The notes under the pieces were generated by a model that worked only from the letters and a program-made list of their open reading frames with translations, had not been told where the DNA came from and did no database searches. Shown one piece after another: positions 62,903 through 64,000 of a stretch of DNA of 64,000 bases. Within the stretch, counting starts at the first letter, position 1, and each line of letters opens with the position of its first letter. The translations under genes and the position numbers were made by a program. This stretch comes from Vermamoeba vermiformis (Eukaryota): NCBI GenBank assembly GCA_045837725.1, contig JBEWZL010000063.1:1-64000 (forward strand), read 5' to 3'.

Positions 62903-64000
62903 ATGGAAGACAATATTCCAGTTTTCGTAAAAAGCTTAATTGGCGCAACTCAGCGGATTTGGGTTAACAGACGTGAACCTATCCATACTATTCAATGGCC
63001 GATTGCATGTGCCTTCGGCATATCTGGAGAGCGACAGCGTTATGTTTATTGTGGTATAGTTGATACAATAGTCTTCGAAATTTACTTTTAAAAAAATTTA
63101 ATTAATTTGCACAGGTGTTCAGTTAAATCCAGATAGGGCGTTCGAGGATTACGTAAGTGTTTTAAAATATTTATTTTATTTTACTAATTTTAATTCTTCG
63201 CAGAACGTGCAGAGAGGTTAGATCACATTGTATAAATTGAATTTCCATTGCTGACTATTTCCAGACGCTTTTCTCCACGTAGTGGCTCGATTAAGAGGCT
63301 CTGAGGGAGAGAACGCTAATATTTACATCGAACGAGATTGTAAGTCTTTGATGAATTTCGTACTGGATTCGAATCTAACGAAAAAAAACTTAGCAAAGAA
63401 ATACGTAACACCAATAGCCGTACAAATGGCCCAATTGAAACTGGCAGTCCACAGTAATTTTCCTACATCGTTAAAAGAAACCTGGTTAGCGTAAGCGATC
63501 TGAATCTGAATTATTTTTTTCTATTCTTAGCGACTAATTACCTTTTAAGGAGCATTAATTACGACGAAACAATGTATATGACTGAAGCAGTAGTAAAACC
63601 CAAAAAGAAGCAGAAGGACTTGCCGAAAGATGTAAAAAGCTACAAATAATCCAAATAATTATTAATTCACTCTTTTTATCTCTAGTGGGAAAAGCAAGCA
63701 CGCAAAGTGATGCCTGAAACACTTAAAGCTCTCGGATATAATCAACGAAACATTGATCTGGTCATCAAAACTCTGAATCCGGTGGATGCTGCTGTCGCGG
63801 TTGATTGGCTCAAAAAAAATCAGATTATAGAGTAAGATAATTATTAAGTCCTTCCATAGCTATACGAAAGACTAATCATAATGCGGTTCAACAGTAAAAT
63901 TCAGGATCTGGCTCCCTTATTCGAAAAATATCCTGATGTAAGTTGATAGTACAATTAGCCTTATTTGGATATTCTATTTTAACATAATTTCCTTATTAGG
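62903..64000 (+). CDS. Ubiquitin-like domain protein with a UBA-like segment (runs off the window)
   Basis: IPVFVKSLIGATQRI...GISGERQRYVYCG-VQLNPDRAFEDY-NVQ...FLHVVARLRGS (UBL), later ETLKALGYNQRNIDLVIKTLNPVDAAVAVDWL (UBA-like). Confidence 0.7.

Overview
Gene-dense eukaryotic nuclear DNA with many short (~45-70 nt) GT-AG introns and CTAAC/CTAAT-like branch points. The gene content (WASP, nicastrin, Rap GTPase, FYVE-TBC, LRR membrane protein, SH2-like motif) suggests an amoeboid protist, possibly Amoebozoa; this is inference. Bases 1-~3430 are a CpG-starved, repeat-rich, decayed block containing a stop-disrupted pseudogene. It is followed by about 22 genes: SH3-C2 protein, VPS13, POLD3, WASP, FYVE-TBC RabGAP, an HNH-nuclease fusion, RNI-like LRR, EXPERA protein, SMYD, two hypotheticals, F-box and ankyrin genes, CTF8, a membrane protein, nicastrin, a truncated P-loop NTPase, Sec7-only GEF, DIS3L, an SH2-like protein, an LRR-TM protein, DNA ligase I, a Rap with natural G12V, a beta-helix surface protein and a partial UBL/UBA gene. 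Two MITE-like inserts sit in introns. The most interesting items are the intron-containing putative DNA-binding + zinc-HNH nuclease, the sharp CpG-depletion boundary with its TGA-rich pseudogene, E2F-type sites upstream of all three PCNA-related genes, and the Val12 Rap. Exon boundaries were read by eye; all homology calls come from motif recognition, not database searches.
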